A DNA stretch of 59,475 bases, filler included, from an uncultured bacterium (GCA_964644695.1; 3 parts of 3 records of this genome joined end to end with filler, not necessarily neighbours in it), one strand, 5' to 3'; shown: positions 29,349-39,474, counted from the first letter of the whole stretch. A program made the numbers and translations. The notes: a model not told the origin generated them from the sequence alone.

Positions 29349-31370
29349 ATGTATATTCGTTCCCAACAACCTGAATTTTCTTTGGATGACCGCTCAAAAA
29401 GATTGAAATGGGCGGCCTTCTGTATCTTTTTCATTTTAATTTTGCGATTGTTTTTTCTACAAATCTGGCATGGGAACCAGTACCGCCAGATGGCTGAAAA
29501 CAATCGTATCCGCCTGATCAAAACCCGGACTCCCCGGGGAATCATCTATGACTGTAACAATGTGCCTCTCGCTACAAACCGCCGTGTATTCTCAATTTTC
29601 TTTGATCCTGTGGTCACCAATAAGGAAGAGCGGGAAGATTCCTACAACAAACTCATCAGAATTCTTCGGAACCGAAATGCCAACTATGCCGATGAGCTGG
29701 CACGAAAAGGGAATATCTATCAACGAATGCAACCCCGTAAAATTGCCCAGGATGTTGATTATTCTGTGGTGGCGGCGGTCCGTGAACAGTCTCTGGATTT
29801 ACCGGGTGTTTATGTTAAAGACGAATTTATCCGATATTATCCCCTGTATGAAGGGGGTGCGCACTTACTGGGATATCTGCGTGGTATAACCGTGGATGAA
29901 CTTCAGGAACCGGAATATGAGGAATATGACCTGTCTGATGTGGTAGGTCGGGATGGGTTGGAACGGGTGTATGAAAAACAACTCCGGGGTCAGGCGGGTG
30001 GATGGCAGATTGAAGTCGATGCGCTCGGTCGGAAAAAGAGAGACCTGGGAGAACTGCCTTCTATCCCTGGAAGTAATCTTGTCTTGAATGTGGATGCCCG
30101 ATTACAGAAAAAGGCAGTGGACCTGCTTTCGGGAAAACGGGGCGCTATTGTTGCCATGGACCCCAATACCGGGGGAATCAAAGCGCTGGTGTCCGAACCT
30201 TCGTATGACCCCAATCTATTGTCAGGGTATATTACTCATTCGCAGTGGGCGAGAATAGCCAATGACCCAGGCCGTCCGTTTAATAATCGTGCCATTTCTG
30301 GCACCTATCCTCCGGGGTCTATCTTTAAGTTAATTACCGCATTGGCGGGTTTGGAAAACGAGAAAGTTACTCCGAATACGACCTTTGTTTGTGGTGGTTC
30401 ATATCGGTTGGGAAAATGGATTTTCAAATGTACCCATACTCATGGGGCGGTCAATCTCAATCGTGCGATTGGATTGTCCTGTAATGTGTATTTCTACAAT
30501 GTGGCTCAGAGAGTCGGCATTGAAAAACTTTTATATCTGGCGGCGCAATTTGGATTTGGTGAAAAAACAGGGATTGACCTCCAGAAAGAACGCCGTGGTT
30601 TCCTTCCAACTCGGGAATGGAAAAAGAAAAACCGTCGTGAAGGTTGGTATCTGGGTGATACGGTCCAGCTGGGTATTGGTCAGGGATTCCTTCTGGCATC
30701 CCCCATACAGATAATGAATGTCGTCTCGACGATTGCCAATGGCGGTACGGTTTATCAACCGATGGTTGTCCGACAGGTGGAGGATGGTAGTGGAAAAATA
30801 CTCCAGAAATTCCAACCAACGGCATTACACAAAATTCAACTAAATCCTGATCAGCTGAATCTGGTGAGAAAAGGGATGTGGACTGTCGTTAATGGGGCAG
30901 GTACAGCAACCAATGCCCGGATCCCCGGACTGGAGCTGGCAGGAAAAACAGGAACTGCTCAGAGTGGTACCGGAGGTAAGGATATTGCATGGTTCTGTGC
31001 TTATGGTCCTTATGAGAAACCGGGTTTGACGGTGCTGGCTATCGTGGAAGAAGGCGGATTTGGTGCCGTTGCGGCGGCTCCTCTGGTACGGGATATGTTC
31101 AAGGAATGGGACTTGATTCGTAAAGGTAAGGCAGAATCTCCCATGTCAGTGATTCAACCTCGGCGGATTCCGGGTGCGGCTCCTCTGGAACTTGATACAA
31201 CAGCCAATGTGCTTCTCGGACAAGACTCAACCGTACCGGCAACCGAGGTTGTAAATCCAGCTCAGCCAACACCAACCAGTCCTGTTTCTAAAAAAGAGGA
31301 ATCCGTGAAACCTCCAGTCAGTACGGGGAAATCTGAAGGAGCTACTTTGGAGACTTTACCCGGCGATTAA
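29349..31370 (+). CDS. mrdA: Penicillin-binding protein 2
   Basis: AENNRIR, PRGIIYD, SxxK (PGSIFK), SCN, GKTGTAQ. Confidence 0.92.
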   Translation: MYIRSQQPEFSLDDRSKRLKWAAFCIFFILILRLFFLQIWHGNQYRQMAENNRIRLIKTRTPRGIIYDCNNVPLATNRRVFSIFFDPVVTNKEEREDSYNKLIRILRNRNANYADELARKGNIYQRMQPRKIAQDVDYSVVAAVREQSLDLPGVYVKDEFIRYYPLYEGGAHLLGYLRGITVDELQEPEYEEYDLSDVVGRDGLERVYEKQLRGQAGGWQIEVDALGRKKRDLGELPSIPGSNLVLNVDARLQKKAVDLLSGKRGAIVAMDPNTGGIKALVSEPSYDPNLLSGYITHSQWARIANDPGRPFNNRAISGTYPPGSIFKLITALAGLENEKVTPNTTFVCGGSYRLGKWIFKCTHTHGAVNLNRAIGLSCNVYFYNVAQRVGIEKLLYLAAQFGFGEKTGIDLQKERRGFLPTREWKKKNRREGWYLGDTVQLGIGQGFLLASPIQIMNVVSTIANGGTVYQPMVVRQVEDGSGKILQKFQPTALHKIQLNPDQLNLVRKGMWTVVNGAGTATNARIPGLELAGKTGTAQSGTGGKDIAWFCAYGPYEKPGLTVLAIVEEGGFGAVAAAPLVRDMFKEWDLIRKGKAESPMSVIQPRRIPGAAPLELDTTANVLLGQDSTVPATEVVNPAQPTPTSPVSKKEESVKPPVSTGKSEGATLETLPGD

Positions 31371-31451
31371 TTTCCCGGGGCGGCTTGCATAACATTCTGA
31401 AATCTGGCATATTTCATCAATATCTGCTACTCAATTTCGACGAGGGAATTT

Positions 31452-32414
31452 ATGGTACCCGTCATTGAAATCCAGAACCTAACTAAAACGTATAAGAAAC
31501 AAAAAAAGAATCAGTATGACCATCCTGCTTTATCGAATTTGAATTTGACGATTCAATCCGGTGAAATATATGGATTTCTGGGACCTAACGGTGCCGGAAA
31601 AACAACCACGATCAAACTGATACTGGGTTTTATTCATTCGGATGCGGGGACTCTCAATTTGTTGGGGCGGCCTGCTGGGGACCCTGCCGTTCGGATGGAT
31701 GTCGGGTATATGCCGGAAATTGCATATTATTACTGGTATATGAAGGCGGGAGAGCTTTTACAAATTTATGGACGGATGTTCCATCTCTCATCGCATGACC
31801 TCAAAAAAAGAATCCCTGACCTTCTGGAAAAAGTAGGATTGCCGGGGAAAGAAAATACCTTCCTGAAAGATTTTTCCAAGGGAATGTTACAAAGGTTCTC
31901 ACTGGCGCAGGCTTTATTAAATCAACCGAAACTTCTTATCCTGGATGAACCGGCTTCGGGGCTGGACCCCGTAGGACGGAAAGATATCCGGGAGACCATC
32001 TTTGAATTAAATCGACAGGGTGTGACCATCTTCTTTTCGTCTCATGAATTATCGACGGTGGAAATGATATCCACCCGGGTCGGGATCCTGAATAAGGGGC
32101 AAATGGTCAGAGAAGGAAAACTGGAAGAACTTCTTCCGGAATCCCAGAAACTCCATATTCATTTCTGGTCTATTCTGACTCCGGAAACCATAGATGACGC
32201 AACTCGACGAATTCGCCAAAATACAGGGTCTATGGATTTATCCATGGAATGGACAATCAGTGAAGGCCGGACTCTCCTGGTATTGGGTAATCGAGCGGGA
32301 TTTTATCCGGTGATGCGGGCTTTGGAATCCATGAATCTGATGATTGAGTCAGCCATGCCGCAGCGAGATTCACTGGAAGATTTGTTTATGCGAATTGTAC
32401 AGGAGGAAGCCTGA
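31452..32414 (+). CDS. ABC transporter ATP-binding protein
   Basis: GPNGAGKTT, FSKGMLQR, ILDEP. Confidence 0.93.
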   Translation: MVPVIEIQNLTKTYKKQKKNQYDHPALSNLNLTIQSGEIYGFLGPNGAGKTTTIKLILGFIHSDAGTLNLLGRPAGDPAVRMDVGYMPEIAYYYWYMKAGELLQIYGRMFHLSSHDLKKRIPDLLEKVGLPGKENTFLKDFSKGMLQRFSLAQALLNQPKLLILDEPASGLDPVGRKDIRETIFELNRQGVTIFFSSHELSTVEMISTRVGILNKGQMVREGKLEELLPESQKLHIHFWSILTPETIDDATRRIRQNTGSMDLSMEWTISEGRTLLVLGNRAGFYPVMRALESMNLMIESAMPQRDSLEDLFMRIVQEEA

Positions 32415-33175
32415 TGCTGGACTCCATCTTTGCTTTAGCTAAAATGGTATTTTTGGAAAGTTATCGAAAACGGATTATTCATGTGTTCATGGGGATTTGT
32501 TTTATTTTCCTGGTATGGGCTTCCACTTATAATGCCTTTGGGTTGGATGTTCAGACAAAGTTCCTGCAGGATACGTCCCTGTTTGCTCTGACTTTTGTGG
32601 GATTATTGATTACCCTGACTTCTACTGCCGGACTCCTCTCGAATGAATTACAGATGAAGACAGTTTATCCCCTGCTGGCAAAACCACTATCCCGATGGCA
32701 AGTGTTAGTGGGTAAATTTGTCGGTGCTTTATATGTGATTTACTTGAATCTGGGTGTCCTGGCGGTCATTTTCTTGAGTTTACTCTGGTACCGTCAGGGT
32801 CATTTGGAACAAACCACCATTCAATCCCTGTATCTGGTCTTTGTGGAATGTACGGTGACCGCAGCAGTTTGTTTATTCTTCTCCACCTTCTTTTCAACGG
32901 CGGCCAATGTCTGTGTGACATTCCTGATTTATTACCTGGGTGAGATAAAAGAAATAGCGGGAACCTTCAATCACTGGGTACTAAAAACCGTAGCGGTTCC
33001 TTTGAATAATCCTGTCCTCCCTCCAACATATGAGTATTTCGATATAAAACAGGCTTTAATAATGGGGATTCCGGTGTCCTGGACGTATATCGGAACGGTT
33101 ACCCTGTACGGGATTTTCCTGGCAGCCCTTTACCTGTCTGTCGCTGGCTGGATTTTCTCGCGTCGGGACCTGTAA
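32414..33175 (+). CDS. ABC-2 type permease
   Basis: About 6 TM; LLAKPLSRWQVLVGKF; ends FSRRDL; TGATG overlap with the ATPase gene. Confidence 0.87.
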   Translation: MLDSIFALAKMVFLESYRKRIIHVFMGICFIFLVWASTYNAFGLDVQTKFLQDTSLFALTFVGLLITLTSTAGLLSNELQMKTVYPLLAKPLSRWQVLVGKFVGALYVIYLNLGVLAVIFLSLLWYRQGHLEQTTIQSLYLVFVECTVTAAVCLFFSTFFSTAANVCVTFLIYYLGEIKEIAGTFNHWVLKTVAVPLNNPVLPPTYEYFDIKQALIMGIPVSWTYIGTVTLYGIFLAALYLSVAGWIFSRRDL

Positions 33176-33318
33176 TCCGGATTTTCCGGGTTCTACCAGA
33201 AAAAATACGGTTGATTCTCTTATTACCCGCAGATTTATTCCTTTTTGATATTCTTTTTCCCTTTATTTCAGGGACCTGTATCCTTTTCTGTTCCTGCTAA
33301 CCTTGTTTCCCTCCATAT

Positions 33319-33364
33319 CGAATCACCCACGGACCATCTCGGACTAACTCCGTGGATTCTTCGT
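33319..33364 (-). repeat. Dispersed 46-nt hairpin element, copy 1
   Basis: Reverse complement matches 53552-53597 at 35/46 nt without gaps. Confidence 0.6.
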
Positions 33365-33457
33365 TCTCACTGACGAAGCAGAAACGAATCGGGTCGGCCT
33401 AAAACCACAAATTTAATGTGATATTTTCTGTTAGGTAGCCTAAGTTAAAAACAATTG

Positions 33458-33486
33458 TTGACAGTCCATGATAAAGGGTATAGATT
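33458..33486 (+). promoter_or_regulatory. Putative sigma70 promoter
   Basis: TTGACA-N17-TAGATT upstream of 33525. Confidence 0.6.
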
Positions 33487-33524
33487 GGTGACAATGACGA
33501 CTGAAAAAGGGGATTCAACAGCTT

Positions 33525-34578
33525 ATGAGGATGAATAAACAATTACTTTGTTTGTTAGTTTTAGTATTAATTACTTCGCTTTCTTTTGCCGCCGGTGAAG
33601 GAGGATGGAGACAAGGAACTGAATTGACAGGTATGACGATGGAAAGCCCCATGATTTATTTTGATCATAAACTGGTTACTCCCAGATGGCCTGATTGTAT
33701 TCAAATTCTTCCCGTAACAGATACTGGCGAAGTAGGTGAATGGAATGGATTCTCTCCCCAGGGGGTTGACTGTTTATCGGGAGTCATCCATAACAACGAC
33801 GGATAAATATATGTTTATTTCTGGGGGATATTATGAAACCATCATGTATCAGGGTGGGCATGTGGCCGCTCTCTACCAGTTAACCTTGAGTCCAGACAGT
33901 ATAGGGTATGTGGTTTATTCGGGTTCAATGGATACTCCCAGAGGAAAACATTCCAGTTTGATGGTAAATGATTATATATATATGTTTGGGGGAAGAAACT
34001 GGAATAATGGTGTAGCAAACACCTTTTTAAAAACCGTATCTTACGCTAAATTTAACCGAACGACTGAACGACTCGAAGCCTTCCAGCCTGGATATTCTTT
34101 TAAACATATTCAAGGTCCGGTTTATTCTTCGTTTAGATTGGGAAATAAAGTGTACTGTTATGGTCTGTACAAGTATGATGGCTCCATGGAAGACCCTGTT
34201 TGTTATATTGAATCTGCTGACATTCAGGAAGACGGTAAGCTAGGTCCTTGGACTGTTGTGGGAGGACCATATGACCATTATGTACCTGTAAGTGCGGTTT
34301 TTACTCAACAATCAACCTTATTTGTATTTGTGAATAGAAAAAGTTCAAGCGAAACAATAAATCCTTGTTATGCAATGGATTTAAAAGATGGTGGAGTCGA
34401 AGGAAATAAGTTTAAGTCGGTGACAGGTTTTACCCCATCAATCCTTGGTGGTTCAGATCTTGGTTTAGGTACATGGGGTCGTTTTATTTATGTTACTGAT
34501 AACTATAACTACATTTATGACCCCTTATTAACGAGTGCTCCATTGTTTGAAGAACCCAATAGTAATCTCTATGAATGA
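33525..34578 (+). pseudogene. Frameshifted secreted kelch-like beta-propeller protein (ORFs 33525-33806 and 33736-34578)
   Basis: Signal peptide in ORF1; kelch-like blades (YMFISGG, PRGKHSSLMVNDYIYMFGG, DGKLGPW) in ORF2; frames overlap near 33740-33765. Confidence 0.7.
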
Positions 34579-34598
34579 TAGTCATACATGAAGATATA

Positions 34599-34627
34599 AA
34601 AAGACCGGGTTGATTGCCCGGTCTTTT
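34599..34627. terminator. Bidirectional terminator
   Basis: AAAAGACCGGGT/GCCCGGTCTTTT between convergent genes. Confidence 0.75.
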
Positions 34628-34718
34628 GGTTTTAAGCCGAAAAAAAGCCAACCCAAACCGGATGGTTTGGGTGAGATATGTGCTTTAGAAGGGTATCTGT
34701 GTTTACTCGCTGATGGAA

Positions 34719-35042
34719 TTAGATAATTAAATCGGTGAGTTTGAAATTGTCCATGACAAAATTCCACTCGTCCCAGCAATGTTCCAATTCAGATAACAGA
34801 TTATTTAATGTTGCCTGGTCAATATCGGTAGGTTGAGAGGATTGAGAGACCTTGTCCAGAACAAAATCCCGGATCAGTTGGGGTTTGATGGTCTCATTTT
34901 CATCCAGGTTGCGTGCTTTGATAAATAAATCGAAGAGGTTTTTTTTGACCGGGTCCAGATGCAGGGCTAAGTTTCCTCCTGATTTTGAAGAAACTTTTAT
35001 TAATTCCGATGCGATTAACTCTAAAATATTTGTTTTACTCAT
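34719..35042 (-). CDS. Hypothetical protein
   Basis: 107-aa ORF with GGAGG RBS; no recognised motif. Confidence 0.6.
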   Translation of the reverse strand: MSKTNILELIASELIKVSSKSGGNLALHLDPVKKNLFDLFIKARNLDENETIKPQLIRDFVLDKVSQSSQPTDIDQATLNNLLSELEHCWDEWNFVMDNFKLTDLII

Positions 35043-35157
35043 TTGCCTGACCTCCGCTTGATTCTATTCAAATATTACCATAAAGTATTGTTACTCGGCA
35101 GTCTGAATGTCCGATGACATACGTCGGGTAATAGCGTGCGGGATAAGGGAAAACATA

Positions 35158-36519
35158 ATGAAACAGAAGCTCAGGGATGTTTATAACCACTTTGGACCTT
35201 TCGCTTTTTTCTATAAGATTGCGGGTACTCTTTTAATTGGAATATTTGTCATCTGTTTCTTTTTATATCCCGCCTGGATTACTCTCAGGGTGGGTTTGGA
35301 TACCTCTTTCCACCAGCAGGGAATAAATTCCTATACCCTGGGAATGTTCAAAGATGTTTCCCATCGATTTTCCCGCTGGGGAAGTCAGTATCTGAACCGA
35401 GGCGCCGGGTCATCTGTGAATCAGGATAGCGTTTCAGAAACTGAATGGCCCATGTTCGGAGCGGCCTTTTACCTGTTGACGGCGGAAGAAATCCAGAAAC
35501 AGTATGGTTCGGATGAGTCATTAAAGAAAGTCATGGACCCTGCTGTAGAAGTGGCTGTCCGAATTGTGGCAGACCCCCGAACGGCTGCCTGGGTGAAGGA
35601 ACGCTGGGGTGATGACTATTTGAACCGTGAAAATGTGTTTTACCGAATGTTACTGATTCAGGGGTTGACTGCTTATGAGAAGGTTTCTCACAAGACAACC
35701 TATCGAACTCTACTTCATTCCCAAGTCACCTCCCTGGGGCAAGAATTGGAAAAAGCCCCTCACCACCTGCTGGATGATTATCCGGGTGAATGTTACCCCT
35801 CAGATGTCTTATGGTCAGTGGCCGGGATTCGCCGTGCCGATGTGATTTTGGGGACAGACCATTCCAAACTGGCTGAAGAACTGATGAGTTCCTTGACGAC
35901 TCACTCTATGACAGAAGAAGGTGTCCCTGCCTATATGGCTGAACCCAAAACAGGGAAGTCGATTAATTTAGCCCGAGGGTGTAATAATTCAGGGATTTTG
36001 ATTTTTGCGCCGGAACTGAATCGGGACATTGCAGCACAGTGGTTTAAGAATTATCAAAAGTATTTCTGGCAGGAAAAGTATGGGGTAAAAGGATTTCGGG
36101 AATTTTCTACACGAATCCCGGATTCCGTACAAGATGCCGATTCCGGTCCTGTTGTGAAAGGTTTTGGGTCGGTTGCTTCTGTTTTTGGTATCGGAGCCTG
36201 TCGAACAATGGGACGGCTGGATTTGTCCGGTACATTAGCGCGGCAAATCATTCCGGTATCCTATCCTACCTTCTGGGGTTTGATGATCCCTTCCTCCATG
36301 GGTAAGCTTCTTGTGGATTCCGGTTGTCTGGGAGAAGTGGCGCTGGTGTTTTCCTTGACCCGTCCTGTTCCTGACAAGCCGATTTCAACCCAGTCTCCGG
36401 GTATTCCCCTGGTCGTCTGGATGATGTTAGGTGTTTATCTCATCCCTGCGGCATTATTGATATGGGTCGAATACAGGCACTGGAAGAAATGGCTGAAATC
36501 AGTCAATAAGGGCCAATAG
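35158..36519 (+). CDS. Membrane-anchored linalool dehydratase/isomerase-like protein
   Basis: EWPMFG, YPGECYPSD, GFREF, DADSGPV..G.G..AS.FGIGA; TM helices at both ends. Confidence 0.6.
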   Translation: MKQKLRDVYNHFGPFAFFYKIAGTLLIGIFVICFFLYPAWITLRVGLDTSFHQQGINSYTLGMFKDVSHRFSRWGSQYLNRGAGSSVNQDSVSETEWPMFGAAFYLLTAEEIQKQYGSDESLKKVMDPAVEVAVRIVADPRTAAWVKERWGDDYLNRENVFYRMLLIQGLTAYEKVSHKTTYRTLLHSQVTSLGQELEKAPHHLLDDYPGECYPSDVLWSVAGIRRADVILGTDHSKLAEELMSSLTTHSMTEEGVPAYMAEPKTGKSINLARGCNNSGILIFAPELNRDIAAQWFKNYQKYFWQEKYGVKGFREFSTRIPDSVQDADSGPVVKGFGSVASVFGIGACRTMGRLDLSGTLARQIIPVSYPTFWGLMIPSSMGKLLVDSGCLGEVALVFSLTRPVPDKPISTQSPGIPLVVWMMLGVYLIPAALLIWVEYRHWKKWLKSVNKGQ

Positions 36520-36523
36520 ATTA

Positions 36524-37951
36524 TTAATCAACGGGTTGCGTTTCTGTGGATGGGACCAGCTTTGTCTTTCCTATCGGTTTTTTCCACCATCCGAGATAAT
36601 AATAAGCACAGCTCATGAGTGTCCCAATTAGGGTGCTGAAAACCATGGCGTACCAGATGTAATGTAACTGGTGATACTGGTGTGATGCCCAGGTTGCCAG
36701 AGGCAAACGGATTATCCATAAGCCAATGAGGGTGAAAAAGGTCGTAGCCAAAGTGTGTCCTGCGCCGTTGATTATCCCGTTGGATACAAAAATCACAGCA
36801 AACAACAGATAACCCCATCCCATGACTCGAAGATAACTTTCGCCTAATTGAACGACCGTTACATCTTTGACAAAGAATTTAAGGAGAAAATGGGGTATTG
36901 TGAAGCACAACAAGGATACTATCGCCGTTAATCCGACTCCATAAAGGATTCCCCACCGAAAAACAGAGGGCACTCTGTCATACCGGTTTGCACCTACATT
37001 TTGTCCTGCCAGAGTCGATACGGCCATTCCAATAGTCATGGATGGGATAAAGGCTAATTGGTCAATTCTCATAACGATGCCAAAGGCGGCGGTGGCATTA
37101 TGTCCATATTCATTCACTAATCCCATCATGATCAGGAATCCCATGGAGACTAAGGCCTGCTGCAGCATGGGGGGGATTCCCAATTTTAATGTTAACCAAG
37201 TCGTTTCCCAATCGGCTTTCATCTTGCGCCAGTTGGGGGTAGCGATATGTTTCTTGTAGTGAAGATACCAGTCTAATGCTATGACGCCCATAGCATTACA
37301 TATTAAAGTGGCCCATGCTGTTCCATTGAGACCTAATCGAGGTAATCCGCACCACCCGAACATTAAAAAGGGGTCCAAAATCCCAGTGATGACCACTCCA
37401 GCGGCTTGAAAGTACAGGGGAGTCATTGAATCGCCCACACCCCGCAAAATGGAGGTGATGAGAATCATGACAAACATGAACGGAACAACCCATATAAATA
37501 ATTTGATATATTGAGTTGCCATGGGCAGGATTTCTGGAGGGGTTTTCATCAGTTTTAATAAGGGTTCAACGGTAATGTAGCCCATTACTAATAGTAGGGC
37601 GCTGCTGATGAGTATTAAGACGAGTGAATTTTGAATGACCTGATTCATTCGGTCATAGTTTTTAGCACCGTATGCCTGAGATACTAAGACAGACGTGGCC
37701 ATGGTCAGGCCGCCAGCTATTGCCATTAAAAAGAATATGACAGGGAAACTGACCGCAATGGCACCTACGGCATCTTTGCCCAGTCCATTCCCAACCCACA
37801 GGGCGTTGACAATACTGTATGCCGTCTGAAATGTGCTGCCGAGCAGCATTGGAATAGAAAATTTCCATAATTGTTGGCCGATATGACCTTTTGTCATATC
37901 CATGCCATGTTGTTCTTTTGGGGTCATACGAAAAGGTGACTCGCTCTCCAA
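36524..37951 (-). CDS. MATE family efflux transporter
   Basis: DMTKGHI...LWKFSIP, SILRGVGDS..P, LDPFL, GQNVGA; about 12 TM; start uncertain. Confidence 0.92.
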   Translation of the reverse strand: MESESPFRMTPKEQHGMDMTKGHIGQQLWKFSIPMLLGSTFQTAYSIVNALWVGNGLGKDAVGAIAVSFPVIFFLMAIAGGLTMATSVLVSQAYGAKNYDRMNQVIQNSLVLILISSALLLVMGYITVEPLLKLMKTPPEILPMATQYIKLFIWVVPFMFVMILITSILRGVGDSMTPLYFQAAGVVITGILDPFLMFGWCGLPRLGLNGTAWATLICNAMGVIALDWYLHYKKHIATPNWRKMKADWETTWLTLKLGIPPMLQQALVSMGFLIMMGLVNEYGHNATAAFGIVMRIDQLAFIPSMTIGMAVSTLAGQNVGANRYDRVPSVFRWGILYGVGLTAIVSLLCFTIPHFLLKFFVKDVTVVQLGESYLRVMGWGYLLFAVIFVSNGIINGAGHTLATTFFTLIGLWIIRLPLATWASHQYHQLHYIWYAMVFSTLIGTLMSCAYYYLGWWKKPIGKTKLVPSTETQPVD

Positions 37952-38175
37952 TATTTATATACTTATCCTAACTTAAATTTAGAGATTTATCCTAATCAGA
38001 ATGGACAGGGTTCTGTATATGGAAGGGCTAAACCTATGCTTTATATGGACTTCCATAGGGATTATCTCCGGTTTTTGATGAAAAAAAGTATTCGCTTTAT
38101 CTTCTTTGATATCAATGATATAATTAATATTCTGGAATAAATTTTGACTTTTAAAAGTTTTTTTCCAGAAAGTGC

Positions 38176-38205
38176 TTGCAATTAAAGAGAATATCAAGGT
38201 AAAAT
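38176..38205 (+). promoter_or_regulatory. Putative sigma70 promoter of the str operon
   Basis: TTGCAA-N18-TAAAAT with an AT-rich upstream tract. Confidence 0.55.
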
Positions 38206-38211
38206 TATTAT

Positions 38212-38450
38212 CTCGGGTTTTGCGTAAGCAGGTTCGAGTTGTTTACAGTGTGTACGGAATACACTGATTGACAGGTTACAGAGAAGGTCCTTCACCCATC
38301 CTGGGCGGACCGAATTATTGTAACCTTACCGTGTTCCACTTGAGGAACATATCTCTGATAAAAAGATTGTAGATACTGGATCAGAGATAGAGGCTGAACA
38401 GATTTTCCGGGTTGTTTTCCGGAGCTCGCCAACGAAAAATTCCGTCAGTA
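38212..38450 (+). ncRNA. Candidate structured 5' leader / ncRNA upstream of rpsL
   Basis: At least five consecutive hairpins with G-U pairs favouring the + strand; no ORF of 60 aa or more. Confidence 0.45.
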
Positions 38451-38514
38451 CTTAAAAAGAAACCCAATTATTAAAATTTATTATAGTTATCAAGGTCAAT
38501 AGGAGTCTTGATTC

Positions 38515-38892
38515 ATGCCTACAATTAACCAGATTGTGCGCGGAGCGCGGAATAAAATCGTCTACAAGTCGAAATCTCCGGCTCTCGCCAGCTGCCCGCA
38601 AAGACGGGGTGTCTGTACGCGTGTCTATACGACAACGCCGAAGAAACCGAACTCAGCATTGCGGAAAGTGGCCCGCGTTCGGCTGACCAATGGATTTGAA
38701 GTTACTTCATACATTCCGGGTGTCGGCCATAACCTCCAGGAACACTCCATCGTTTTGATCCGTGGTGGTCGTGTTAAGGACTTACCGGGTGTTCGTTACC
38801 ACATCATCCGTGGTGCCTTGGATGCCGTGGGTGTCGAAGGTCGTAATCAGTCCCGTTCCAAATATGGGGCAAAACGGCCTAAGAAAAAATAA
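38515..38892 (+). CDS. rpsL: 30S ribosomal protein S12
   Basis: [26 protein letters not shown]. Confidence 0.99.
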   Translation: MPTINQIVRGARNKIVYKSKSPALASCPQRRGVCTRVYTTTPKKPNSALRKVARVRLTNGFEVTSYIPGVGHNLQEHSIVLIRGGRVKDLPGVRYHIIRGALDAVGVEGRNQSRSKYGAKRPKKK

Positions 38893-38934
38893 CTAGAAGT
38901 CTAATTCAACCAGAATCACGGGAAGTGAATAGAT

Positions 38935-39408
38935 ATGCCACGAAGAACAGTAGTTTTAAAAAAACGAGAACTCAAACCGGACCAACAGTTCGGTAGCCAA
39001 CTGGTAGCCAAGTTCATCAATCACATGATGTACGGTGGCAAAAAGGGTACCGCTGAGCGGATTTTCTATAAAGCCCTTGAAATTGTTGAAGCGAAAACTC
39101 AGGAACCGGGTTTTAAGGTCTTTAAACAGGCCATTGAAAACTGTAAGCCTGCTGTTGAAGTCCGTTCCCGCCGCGTGGGTGGTGCTAACTATCAGGTTCC
39201 GGTCGAAGTTCGTCAGGACCGTCGGCAGGCATTAGCCTTCCGTTGGATCCTCTCTTACAGCCGCGATCGTAAAGGTAAACCTATGTGCGAAAAATTAGCT
39301 GAAGAGCTGATTGACGCATTTAAGCTCCAGGGCGGCGCTTACAAGAAAAAAGAAGATACTCATAAGATGGCTGAAGCGAATAAAGCTTTCGCACATTTCC
39401 GCTGGTAA
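38935..39408 (+). CDS. rpsG: 30S ribosomal protein S7
   Basis: [30 protein letters not shown]. Confidence 0.99.
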   Translation: MPRRTVVLKKRELKPDQQFGSQLVAKFINHMMYGGKKGTAERIFYKALEIVEAKTQEPGFKVFKQAIENCKPAVEVRSRRVGGANYQVPVEVRQDRRQALAFRWILSYSRDRKGKPMCEKLAEELIDAFKLQGGAYKKKEDTHKMAEANKAFAHFRW

Positions 39409-39474
39409 ATCATCAGGAAATAATCACCATCTCAATATAAAAATCGTAGGAAGGAAACAGGTTACAAAGCATTT

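Noticed and set aside
33360-33388. Hammerhead-like core (TTCGTT...CTGACGA-AGCA-GAAA-CGAA)
   Set aside because: Only 4 nt lie where stems I and II should be, so the three-way junction cannot form.
33381-33446. GGCCTAAA...TTAGGTAGCC resembling the 3' helix of a c-di-GMP-I riboswitch
   Set aside because: Lacks the GGCAAA and GACGCAAA core and the closing stem, and lies upstream of the predicted promoter.
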